A stretch of DNA of 64,000 nucleotides from Eledone cirrhosa. Its lineage: Eukaryota. Under the pieces are notes generated by a model. It searched no databases, was not told where the DNA came from, and saw only the letters and a list, made by a program, of their open reading frames with translations. A program made the translations under genes and the position numbers. The first letter of the stretch is position 1; each line of letters begins with the position of its first letter. Of this stretch, positions 52,466-64,000 are shown in pieces. The stretch is taken from assembly GCA_964016885.1 (NCBI GenBank), contig OZ024741.1, positions 126,852,001 through 126,916,000 of the forward strand. Direction: 5' to 3'.

Positions 52466-55400
52466 TATTTACCCTATTCTTACTCGTACATTTATCTTAA
52501 AATGAAAAGTAACAATGCAAATCGTTCGGTAAGATCCAACACCTCATTCGCCTAACTCGTCAAATCGGGCCAAGGAAACAATATTTCTCTAGGTCTTCAC
52601 TATATTCTGCAAACGCTGTATGACAGTATATGAAACTTTTATCGTTATTGATATCACTATCTTCTGCAAATATTAACATTTATAAAACATACACATGGTT
52701 TATTTTCCACATGACTGCCGCTAAATATTTGTTAATGTAATTTACCTTCGAGAGAGTATAGGAAAAAGAAATATTTCAATTTAAATGTTCTTTCACTATT
52801 GTGACAGAGCATGAATGTTGCTACACAAAAGATGTTTATTTAGTTACACAATGTTACGTCTTACATATTCCAAGTCTTCATAATGTATCATGTATGAAAT
52901 AAGTTTGATATACCAACGAACTGGCGGTGCATTGGCACAGTCCTTTGAGTCTAGAACAAAATGCTTTCCGATATTCGTTTTGGCTCTCTGCACTCTGAAT
53001 TCAAATCCCAGTCAATTTTGATGTTCATCCTTTCGAGGAGGACTATAAAATAAAGTACCAATTTAAGCCAGTGGATTGGAGGAATTGTTAGAGTGTCGGG
53101 TAAGATATTTTGCAGTGTTTATTTTTTTCAGTCATTTGGCGTTCAAAGTCCCTGGGTGGGAGATTTAATCCGCCACCTCAGTCACAGGCACTCACATACG
53201 CCAACGACACCTTATACAAAATTGCGGCTATTTTATGGGTTTTTAACTCTAGAAGCTGTAGTGACATCATAATGACATACGGTGTGCCATAAGCATGTAA
53301 ACCTGGTGGAGTCCACCTTCTACATGTCATAACATAGCTAATTTCCTCCATGGAAGAAGGCAGTAGAGAGTGAAGTGGGGAATAATTGAACTAGTATTTA
53401 TTTATCGACTTCGAAATAATGCACAGCAAAGTCACAGCGCAGAGAGATGAAACAAATACTGTATTCAATCTGACGTTCTAATGGCTCTGCCAATTCGCTG
53501 CCTCGCAGATTTACCATAATATTAACATAAGTTAATATAAATATGGGCCCATTTCAAATTATTCTTTTTCGTGATTTGTTTTCATGATCCTAACAAACTT
53601 CTGATTAGTTTGAGATTTTCAGTAAATAAATATCTCGAGTTCGCATATTAAGATATGATGTGACACCGTTAGTCACAAGGTTGGCCCTCTGAATTACAAG
53701 TACAGTCCATTTGATGGGCTTCCAAAATTGATTTCTATTTGCCCAGTTTTACTCACAAGACATGGGACGATCCGAAGCTTTGGCATATGACACTTTCTAT
53801 GCGATCAAACCCGATCTAATGACTGCGAAGCGAACTTCTTCACGATTCGGGTATGTTGCTTTTCCAAGTTGCTACACAGGGGCTTAAATTTTGCCACGTT
53901 CATTTATTTAACGATAAAGGAAATAAAAACGTTGTTTTCTTCATCATCCGAAAAATAAAAGAAGCATAAAGATTTTTACAGCAATATTTATATTATCATT
54001 ATTCTCCATCGTAAATCAATTGCTATGAAAGTATTGCTGTATTTTCTGTGATATTATTTTGAAATTTTGCCACATTATAAAAAACTGTCAACTGAAATAT
54101 ATCAGGTGATTACAACAGTAAAGTTGAAGAAAATATGACTCACAAAAATGTTTAATATGTTTAATCAACAGAAATATTTATGTTTTACACATTAGAAAGC
54201 CTGTAAATGTGTCAGTTCGGTTTCTCAAGCGATCGGCGTGATATCTCCTTGGGTAATACACTATTTCACGTTTCTGCTGTACAGAAATTTGGAAAAAAAG
54301 GTGCTGTATCTGATTTCAAAGTGTCAGATTTGTCACACCCACTATGTCACGCTGAATCTCCCCGAGAACTACGTTAAATGTACACGTGAATGTGGAACAC
54401 ACAGCCACTTGTAAATTAATTTAATGGGAATGCTGTTCCGTTGTTCAAACAACTGGAGCACTATTCATCGGAACCGACTGAAGTCCATTATGTATTAGAG
54501 AGTATATAAATTTCCTCACCCCTAATTTCATTACTTACTAAATTATATTTCCTTTTAATATTCAACAAGTACGATTATTTGACAGAGTCGTTGGAACGTC
54601 GATATACTTTACGGTATTCGTTCAATGTTGCCTTTTATGTTTACGAGATCGATATATAAGGTATTAGTATATTACTAAGCTTCATTCAGCTTTTATATCC
54701 CTTTCTATCTCCGTCTCTCCTTCTCTGGAAGAAATCGGTGACACTGCCCCTCTCCCCAACCCCAACCGGACTGGTTAATTAACAGTAGGCTACTAGCGCG
54801 TAACATTAGATTTAATTTTAAACATTTGCAGCTTTGTTTTATTGCAGTATTTCCAGCTTCGTAATATGTTTCTAGGGAATTATTGCCTACATCAGCAAAA
54901 CGGATAATCCAGCCTGCGTGTTGAACCAAAGGTGCGGGGCAATCGATTTTGTACCTGTATTATATGATATGTCGTTGATAATTTGCAGAGGGCTTTTCTT
55001 ATAAACAGCAATCAACTTACCAATACAACCCCACATGCTAATTACAGTCGAAGTACTGCCAAAGATGGTACTACGAACCTACAGGATGCCCTCTACATGG
55101 TCACTATCCTGTTAGAAATAGCAGTCAGATCAGATTAAACCTCAAATCACACTTTGTTGTAGTTGTATTGCATGCGGTTCCAAGGATGTGTGTTCCAATT
55201 GTTCGAACAATGAAACAGGTTGCTCATGAAATTAATGATTTCAAGTGACTGAGCATTCCACAGACACGTGGGTCTCATACATAATTCTCGGGAAGATTTA
55301 GCGTAACAAAGTATGCAACAAGCCTGGACCTTTGAATTACAGGTACAACTCATGTTTGCCAGCTGATTGAACTGGAACAATGTATATAAAGTGTCTTATT

Positions 55401-57051
55401 CAAACACACGACCTGACGTATGGAATTAAACAATTATGAGCCGAACAGCAGGAATAATGCTAGAACTTTATAGTTACGAATCGAAATCCTTAACCACACA
55501 TCCATGACTGTGCCTTATATTTTATATATTTCTTTATTTAGTGAATAAACTTAACACAGGAAATCTGTGTGTCATACAAATGTTTTGTAAGTCCCAGCAG
55601 ACAAAACGGGAAATAATTTACTCCGGAAAATGGCAAGGAAGAAACACTGAAAAAATGTATTCCCCTCGCGAAGCTCTTTCAGATGGCCATCTCCAGCCCT
55701 CTCAATGTGGTGAATAGAGAGGTGGTTCTTGGGGGATGGGGCGTCAAAACATCTAATGATTGAACTAATGTAGGAAAATAGGAAAGTATTTTAATGATTT
55801 ATATGTTCAAGAAATATAATATTGTTAATTGCGGTTTCCTTCTCGGGAGACTTTTAAATTGATCTCCACAGATTTTCATAATTTCATATCCAGACTAAAT
55901 AATCTACACCTGAGGCTTAATAATAACACATTGAATTTTTCTCTTTAAATAGTTCTTAAAATGTTATTCTCCTATTTTTGCTATATTGTAAAGGTGCGTG
56001 GCTTCCTGAGAATGGTCGTCAGTTCGAGTCCCAGCAGCGCCGTATGTCTTTGAGCAAAACATTTTATTTTACATTGCTCCAGTTCATTCCACTGAATAAA
56101 ATGATTTGTATTTATATTTCAAAGACCCACTTATATGTTAATTTCGTGGACATGTAGTTTCGTTGATCGAAAAACTGGAACACGCATCGTCGAAACAGAT
56201 GTAGGCCCATTCCAAATGTAATTTTTCTTTAATATATAAAATATTTCATTCATCAAAAAAGCATGAAATTGGAAAATAGTTGGCTCCAAAAGAACGAAAT
56301 TGTATGAAAATGAAGCTTTTTAGTGATAATTCTCCAAACTACTGGATATGAAAGTCACCTATAATTAAACGTATTAGGCCTCCGTCGGTTTCGACGACGA
56401 CTGTTCCTGTTGATGCAATCAACAGAACAGACTGGTCGTAAAATTAATTTGCAAATCACTTAACATTCCAGAGACGTGTGCACCCTTAAGGTAGTTCTCG
56501 GGGGAATCGATCAACTATGATACAGTGTGTGATAAGACTGGCCTTTGAGTTACAGGTACAACTCATTCTTACCAGCTGAATGAACTGGAGCAACATGAAA
56601 TAGAATGTCTTGAAAACAAAATAGCAATTTTTCTTCTATTCCTAAGGGACATGTTCACATAACTTAAAATACATTGCAGGTTTCTTTATTTTTACCCTAC
56701 AGGACATAACTGTTCATTTTGAATGACATAACTGTTAATTCTCTTGGGCAGAATAAAAATTATATTGAATTAATGTCATACCAATTTTCCTGTATAGAGC
56801 AACAAGATGGAGGTTGGTAGGGAACATTTGGGAGAATACGTTTCGCCGTCCATTATGTTCAACTCACATCGCTGTTAATTACGAATGTTACTTCGCCTAA
56901 TTATTTTATTCTTTTGCTGGTTTCAATCATCTGACTGTAGTCAAGCTGAGGCACCGCCTTAATTTAGCCCATCATACCGATTCCACAACTTGTTTTAACG
57001 ATCCCTTTTTTTTTCATAAAACCGCTAATGTTACGAACCATAAGCACACAC

Positions 57052-57111
<60 letters not shown>

Positions 57112-57180
57112 CAAGGTTTAGCAAATAGAGAAAAAGTTTTAAAATAAATTAAAAAAAGTTCGCTGTACTTACTATATGTA

Positions 57181-57256
57181 CCCTTACCGCGCGGTTTCAA
57201 ATCCCCAAATAAATGGATAATCCAGGTGGGCATCCATTGATAGGTCCATCAGAAGG
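57181..57256 (-). ncRNA. Degenerate hammerhead (A9G)
   Basis: cctt CTGATGG...aatggat/atccatt...GAAA ccgcgcgg TA aggg. Confidence 0.6.
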
Positions 57257-57369
57257 TTCTTCTCGCTCGGAGAATATATAGATAGGTGGTTCTTGGGGGA
57301 TGGGGTGTCAAAACATCTAATGATTGAACTAATGTAAGAAAATAGGAAAGTATTTTAATGATATATGTG

Positions 57370-57405
<36 letters not shown>

Positions 57406-57927
57406 CATACAACATAAATTGTAAGGACGACTGCAAGGACTATGAATTGGTACTATAACTGTCATCATAACCTTAAGGAAAAAGATCTTAAACTCCATAT
57501 TTTTGGATTATATGGTTTTTTTTGTATCTGTTCGAACTGTACAATTCTATACATAATGTTTCTGTACTTTATACCTATAGCCAATACATTCTTCTGCGTG
57601 AACATTATGACTAACATTACAAAGCTTTTTGCCTAAAACCAATATATCTTATAATATTTATTAATGTTTAATACCTACCTGTATGCTCTTACTACACAAT
57701 TTTCTTACATATTGCATGTACTCTACCGTTATTAATATTCTTGATATGGTATTCTTGCTATAATATTTTTGTTATGATTTTTTGTTATAAGTAATATTTT
57801 ATTATAATATTATTTTGCTCTTGCCCTTTAATATATTGCAATTAACACTTATAATTATTCTCTCACATATAATGTATCCTGTTAAATGTTCTAATGATTA
57901 GGAATATATTTGTTTTAACCTTTTATA

Positions 57928-57974
57928 TGCTCCGATGAATCCAGACCTGTATCTGGATGAAGCGATCGTAAGTA
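57928..57974 (+). ncRNA. Degenerate hammerhead at the end of a decayed PLE-like 3' region (about 57405-58110)
   Basis: tgct CCGATGA atccaga cctgta tctggat GAAG cgatcg TA agta. Stems are intact, with two core changes. Confidence 0.65.
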
Positions 57975-58129
57975 ATTAAATGCCTTAAACACAATTTGAT
58001 TGTTATTTATGTTGTATTTCTGCTCTGTAGTATATAAGATATTTTACATTGAGCTACTTATCTTACTGGTAATCGGGTAATATACAATATTACCCTTATC
58101 TTATTTCTATTTCTATATATAAGTATAAC

Positions 58130-58277
<148 letters not shown>

Positions 58278-58384
58278 TTAAGGTTTACATATACATAAAG
58301 TCATAGATATATATGTTGCAACCTGTCACGTTGTGGCTCTATGAAGAATTAATAAATTAAATAATCAGAGCAATATATCATAAT

Positions 58385-58857
58385 TCATGTCCTTAGAATT
58401 ATTAGATAAAATATATACCATTTCCTCTCCCAATTAGCATAATTAACCATATAAAAAATCAATTAGACCAAGCTATAAGAATAAAGGCTCTTATGAAGAA
58501 ATTTCCGACAAATAACCGAAAGCGGCCTCTTCGCGGTGGCCCCAAAAGAGTATTTATCCAACATTTCAACAGCATGTAGAAACTGACTAAATATACCATC
58601 AACCATACACAATTAGGTGTAAATTCAAACTTAGAAGAAATGTGTACATACCGTAATTATATCTCTGCCATGATTTCATCCGTATTTTTAGACATCCAAT
58701 TAATAGGATATGTCCGGAGTATCGGATTCATCAGGAGACAAACTCAAAATTAGACATTTATTCTTATAGCTTGGTCTAATTGATTTTTTATATGGTTAAT
58801 TATGCTAATTGGGAGAGGAAATGGTATATATTTTATCTAATAATTCTAAGGACATGA
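58385..58857. mobile_element. Non-coding element with about 101-bp perfect inverted arms enclosing a hammerhead
   Basis: 58385-58486 pairs with 58757-58857. Confidence 0.85.
58662..58738 (-). ncRNA. Type I hammerhead with a mutated cleavage triplet
   Basis: tctc CTGATGA atccg...cggat GAAA tcatgg CA gaga. Confidence 0.7.
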
Positions 58858-58861
58858 TTTA

Positions 58862-58900
<39 letters not shown>

Positions 58901-59641
58901 AAGGTTTATGCAGTAACAAAGGCTTCTACAGTATCTCTCTTCTTCACTCACAAGGCACTCGACAACATGAGGCAGAAGACACTTGCCAAAGGCGCCTCTT
59001 AGAATCACATTGTTGTGGAGTGAACTCCTTAACAACATAGACATGCCTTCACTTATATATATAACATTACTAGATATCAATTTTTAAAATTTATTTTGGA
59101 TTAGTTGACGTGAAGGAAATGAAAAGTCAGTTTACATTAACTATAAAAATAACATTACAATACAAAACGTGATTTTATGTGTAAAGAGGTTGTTATTAAT
59201 TTTCAATGACAACTGAAAACAGCTGGAATTTATCGTTTACTATTATTCAGTGATAAAGGAATTTGTTTCTTAAATGATTATTTTGATCATATGCGGTTTT
59301 ATAAATAAAAAATATATGGATTGTTATGTATTATCTTAAATTTCATTGAGCTAACATGAGCTAACAATGTTTCACACGACCAATCTATGTTGTCGTCCTG
59401 ACTTGTTGTATGGCAATCTCTGGTGCACTAGGTTGAATGTCTGTGGCCTTACATCAACCGAAATCGTGTTGATCCCCAGCAGACACCTGATGGTATAGGG
59501 ATGCCCTTATTTTCCAGGGCGTGTTCTCGTGGTGTGTGTTCAGATTTTTATATATATCATTTCCATTAGACAACGGAGGTTTGACTTTGAGATATATATA
59601 TAAGTTTATCCCAGGTTCAATTGGCGGAAACCACAGTAAGT

Positions 59642-59692
<51 letters not shown>

Positions 59693-59708
59693 TAAAATAA
59701 CAGATTAA

Positions 59709-59759
59709 AGTTTAAGCAAAGAATCGCTGCTTTCACCCTTAACGGGATCTTCTGAAACT
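59709..59759 (-). ncRNA. Hammerhead U4A variant in the 3' pLTR
   Basis: agttt CAGAAGA tcccgttaagggt GAAA gcagcgattctttgc TT aaact. Confidence 0.65.
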
Positions 59760-60708
59760 AACAAAGTCAATCTGTAAACGCAGAGGTGGATATTTCAAAA
59801 AACGTTGCAACCGGAGGAAGACAGGAAGACGATACTTTGGTTCGTGGAAAAGTTCGCTGGCAAAGAACGGGAAAAAACGAATAAGATACGTCATTAATAG
59901 GAGCGGTGAAAAACAATTACACGCAAAGACAGAACCATGTTTATGGTATAAAAGAGGTCGTAGACTAATGTTCTCTTAGGTGGTTCATAGAGACGTTCTC
60001 TGGCAATGAATGAAAAAAACGAAGATAATACGTCATATGTCGACCGTGGAGAACAATAGCACGCAAAGAAAAACCACGTAAATGGTATAGCAGAAGTCGT
60101 AGACTAAAATTCTAACTAGGAGACCGAATGAATCTCCGCTACAGAGTTAAGAACAAAGTAAATAAATACAATACAGAAGTAATAGAAATAAATAAATACA
60201 TACACGCAAACAAATACGTACATACACAAGCATACGCAAAACACTTACCATAGGTATACAAAACCACGCATATATAAATATATGTGTGTGTGTATGCGTG
60301 TTTACAAATAAATAAATAAATAATTATATAAACGTATATAAATAAATAAATACGTAAATAACAAGCGCACACACATACCTACATGTAAATACACGAATGT
60401 TCGGAGATGTAAGTCAACCAAAACATGAAGTACACATATACACACACCCTACATACGTACGAACCTGCATACTCACACAGACGCAAAACTCCCGTATACA
60501 CATAGCCAAACCATATGTACCAGAATAAAAAAATAAAAAAAGTTTATACGCCATAACATAAACAATCAAATATACGTACGAGAAGGTATACTTACCTTCA
60601 CGAAACATACGGGTAATATATACTTACCTATGCAAATAAGTAATGGTATAAACAAAACATATACTTAGCTCCCACATCAAGACGTAAAATATCCACGTAT
60701 AGATCGTA

Positions 60709-62839
60709 CTATCCATTAGGGTATAACGTGGGGCTGTAATACAGGAAAGTTTTGTGCAATTTATGTTTACAAGCCGAAATTGCCTCAAACTTTTTGTTTA
60801 AGATGTGGTCTGTGGCGTAGAGTAATTTCCAGGGCCTCAGCGGCGCAGAGGTCACAAGGTCTTTTATTTCCGTTATACGATCTAGCGTTAGCTAGGATCT
60901 CCCAATGTAACATATATTGGGTGTGGTTGTCTTTTAGACTCCAGATATAAGCTGAAAGTGGCGTCATATTCCTTCTTCGAGGGTAACGAAAAGAATGGGT
61001 ATGCGTGTAAAGACGCTGCTTGAATCTATTGGCGGTTAACCCTATGTAGGCCCTACGGGACGTGGGTGTTACAACCTTACATTTGTAGACAATGTTACTA
61101 GAGAGACATTTCCCGGATAGGGGGCAATCAACCCGATTCCTACAATTACAGTTAGTACTAACTACAGGTTGCACGTGTTCCTACGGCTAGGTAGTTTAGC
61201 TAAATTTGAAGCTGTGATGTTATGTGCAAGGTTAGGAGTCGTAGAGTAAGAAATTTTAATAGTATTTCTATTAAAAATTTTACTATGTTTATGTGTAGGG
61301 GGGAAAATGCTTCGTAATAAGGGAAAGAAAGATCTTAGCTAATGGTGTGGCCACCTCCATATTATATGGTGGGTTATACCAACAAATGCGACGGGATCTA
61401 TTTCTTCTAGGTCTATTTTCGTACTCTGTATATGCTACCTTATCGACAAATCCACTTCCAGCAAGAGCTTCATTGTAATAAGTGGAATGGTCGTTGAAAA
61501 TACGCTCGTTGGTGGAAAGACGTGAAAGCCTCAACGAAACGTTTCTTACCAGGTTCTTGGTTATGCTGGCAGGATGGTTGGAATGGTTACTTATGTAATT
61601 AAGCGTATCATTCGGCTTTCTATACGGGTAATACAACCCATTCAATAAATTGAGGGTAACGTCAAGGTAATTAACGACCGAGAAATTGGCCTCAACCTGT
61701 ATAGAGAGGTTGAAGCCTTTAAAGAAGGCTGTGAGTTCTTTTCTGAACCTGTCGCAAGCACGAGGTCCGCACTTAGTCATGGTCAAAAGACCATCGTCAC
61801 GGTACAAACCACCGCCCGCGTTGGGGAATTCGTCCTTGATAGAGAAAAGAAGGAAAAGGCCGATAAGATCAGTAACCTCCGCAGAATCACTAGCGCCCAT
61901 GCTCACGTCGAATGGGGTGCTATTGGATTTTTTAATCCAAATAGAGTCGTCGAAATTAATCACCGACTTTCGGGCATTGAGGATGACATCAACCTCGAAA
62001 TCCTTAACCACTGTGAGTGTTTTAGTGAAATTGATAGCTCTAAGGAGAAGTGGTAAAGTGATGGAGGAGTATTAATTGTTGATGTCGAATTGGATAAAAC
62101 GGCAATGTTCCTTGTTACATATGCCGTTGAACCAATCAATCACCGCGAAAGAATTGTTCCACAGTGCAAGAGGGGCCAAACTTCTAATTTCCGGTATAAT
62201 TCTATCAAGAATCCTTTTATTAAGTCTACCTAAATCGGGCTTCGTAGGGTTAATAAGCCGAATAGAGGGGTTGTTCGGAAAATTGGATTTGTGATCCTTA
62301 AGGGTAAAGTGGGGAGAAATAGGGTCCAGAGGTTCGGTCCGGTCCAGGATGTTGAGATCAGATGTGATTTTAAACCCAGCATCGTTGCTTTCATTGATGA
62401 CGCACCGATTAGTTTTACGGTAATCCTTAGTTACAGCATTATGTAGTAGTTGATGGTAAGTACTGCGCTCCACTTGGTATAGGTTGCAAGTTTTGTCGGA
62501 ATGGACGCGCACGGCATTAGAATCCTTAATAGAACGAATTCTATTCTTCAGGTCTTGCTGGAAGGAATTGCTCCTATTCCGAAATTTGATACTCCGAATG
62601 AGTTCCAAGACATTATTTTCGAAGGGTAGCAATGCTGGGTTACACGGGGGGTTATTATAGGTTTTAAATCCAAATTTATCCTGTTTGGTGTCTGCTTTTC
62701 GCGGGTTATCGAAATAAAAGGCACGCCAACGCAACCTTTTAATGAACGCGTCTGTTTTCTGTATCAGGAGTTTTAGGTATGTTTTCCTGCTTGGTACGGG
62801 TATGTTCTTTGTAGAAATATTCAGATGTTGTTTCTGCAT
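60709..62839 (-). pseudogene. PLE RT plus GIY-YIG ORF with one stop and about three frameshifts
   Basis: STKNIP, RLRWRA, SDKTCNLY, FIQFDINN*YSSI, GLYRDDGL, NYLDVTL, SNHP, CNCRNRVDCPLSGKCL, NIVYKC...YIGLT, CDLC, CKH. Confidence 0.95.
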
Positions 62840-62993
62840 GATGAATATAAGTCAGTAGAGTGCTCAACCGAGGGAGCCAAATATTAATAATAATAAATTT
62901 CAAGACTAAAATCCAAAGAGGGCTCGATAAGGATAAATATATATCAAATATATAAGAACTGTAGAGCAAATATTTATTGAAATAACAGATTAA

Positions 62994-63044
62994 AATTTAA
63001 GCAAAGAATCGCTGCTTTCACCCTTAACGGGATCTTCTGAAACT
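62994..63044 (-). ncRNA. Hammerhead U4A variant in the 5' pLTR
   Basis: Same as 59709-59759 except the stem I 3' strand is aaatt. About 155 nt upstream of the ATG. Confidence 0.65.
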
Positions 63045-63318
63045 AACAAAGTCAATCTGTAAACGCAGAGGTGGATATTTAAAAAAACGTTGCAACCGGA
63101 GGAAGACATGAAGACGATACTTTGGTTCGTGGAAACGTTCGCTGGCAAAGAACGGGAAAAAACGAATAAGATACGTCATTAATAGGAGCGATGAAAAACA
63201 ATTACGCGCAAAGACAGAACCACGTTTATGGTATAAAAGAGGTCGTAGACTAATGTTCTCTTAGGTTCTTATATATTTGATATATACTTGATATATATTT
63301 ATCCTTATCGAGCCCTCT

Positions 63319-63705
63319 ACGTCCTCATCAGATAAAATAAGATGATGCATGACATACCCTGACATAGTAGATGGTTAAGATTCAGTCATGGTAGTGAGTA
63401 ATATATATTAGTGAGTAATATGGTAGTGAATAATATATATTACTCACTACCATGACTGAATCTTAACCATCAACTATGTCAGGGTATCTCATGCATCATT
63501 TTATTTTATCTGATGAGGACGTACTGTTGAAGTTAACTCAGTACCTCTGAAATATGTATAATAAAATATACTTGATCACAAGAATATCTATTTTGTTAAT
63601 ATTTTGAATTAATATTAATAGCTCCGGAAAACCATTGTTGTTGAGTGCTTCCAATCTATTGTAAAACTCATTCTTTGATTTATTCATTGAACCTTGTTTA
63701 ACCTT
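63319..63705 (+). mobile_element. Fold-back pLTR-type element
   Basis: 63319-63410 is inverted at about 63431-63522. Confidence 0.75.
63502..63568 (+). ncRNA. Type I hammerhead
   Basis: tattttat CTGATGA ggacgtactg...cagtacctct GAAA tatgta TA ataaaata. Confidence 0.8.
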
Positions 63706-63782
63706 TAAATATATATATATAATGTATATGCATATATATGTATGTGTGTGTGTATATATGTGTGTGTATATGTATGTATATG

Positions 63783-64000
63783 ATCATCATCATTTTACGT
63801 CCGCTTTTCCCTACTTGCAAGGGTTGGCGGGTCCTATTCAGCACAACATCTCTACACCCGTCACGGTCCTTCGTCCTCTCCTCCTTCTCACCAGCCCCGC
63901 CCATGTTTTTTGTGGTCTACCTCTACTGGGACTTCCTGGCACTTCTTCACCCATCGGTCATCCTCCCTGCGCACCACATGTCCATACCATCTCAGCCTTC
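63783..64000 (-). mobile_element. RTE LINE 3' end with (GAT)n tail
   Basis: Minus RRLRWYGHVVRREDDRWVKKC, then a short UTR and ATGATGATG. Runs off the window. Confidence 0.8.

Larger units (their letters stand above)
59688..63318 (-). mobile_element. Full-length Naiad-type Penelope-like element with two pLTRs and a 5' inverted segment
   Basis: pLTRs 59688-59983 and 62975-63265 are nearly identical. 63266-63318 inverts 62917-62958. The 3' end lies in (TA)n. Confidence 0.93.

Overview
AT-rich, repeat-saturated eukaryotic DNA. It is most likely an octopod cephalopod (inferred from the SINE and RTE-tail sequences, not verified). No confident host gene is present, and most listed ORFs are translations of (TA)n/(CA)n microsatellites. 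The window holds at least five Penelope-like elements (PLEs) of probable Naiad type (YRDD RT, CxCx5C linker, C-terminal GIY-YIG), one near-complete RTE LINE, fragments of RTE, CR1-like, R4/Dong-like and Tx1-like LINEs, a Helitron 5' half, and many tRNA-derived SINEs. The main hidden signal is about 28 type-I hammerhead ribozyme motifs (intact to degenerate), found by eye in 10 or more sequence families. Several have non-canonical cores: a U3-A8 covariant core (UUGANAA) and a CAGAAGA (U4A) core. They sit in PLE termini and in non-coding, (TA)n-flanked tandem or fold-back units that look like retrozyme-type or non-autonomous PLE derivatives. One U3-A8 element carries a decayed non-RT ORF, and two element junctions fall at or next to predicted cleavage sites. 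All RNA structures were paired by hand and none was computed or tested.
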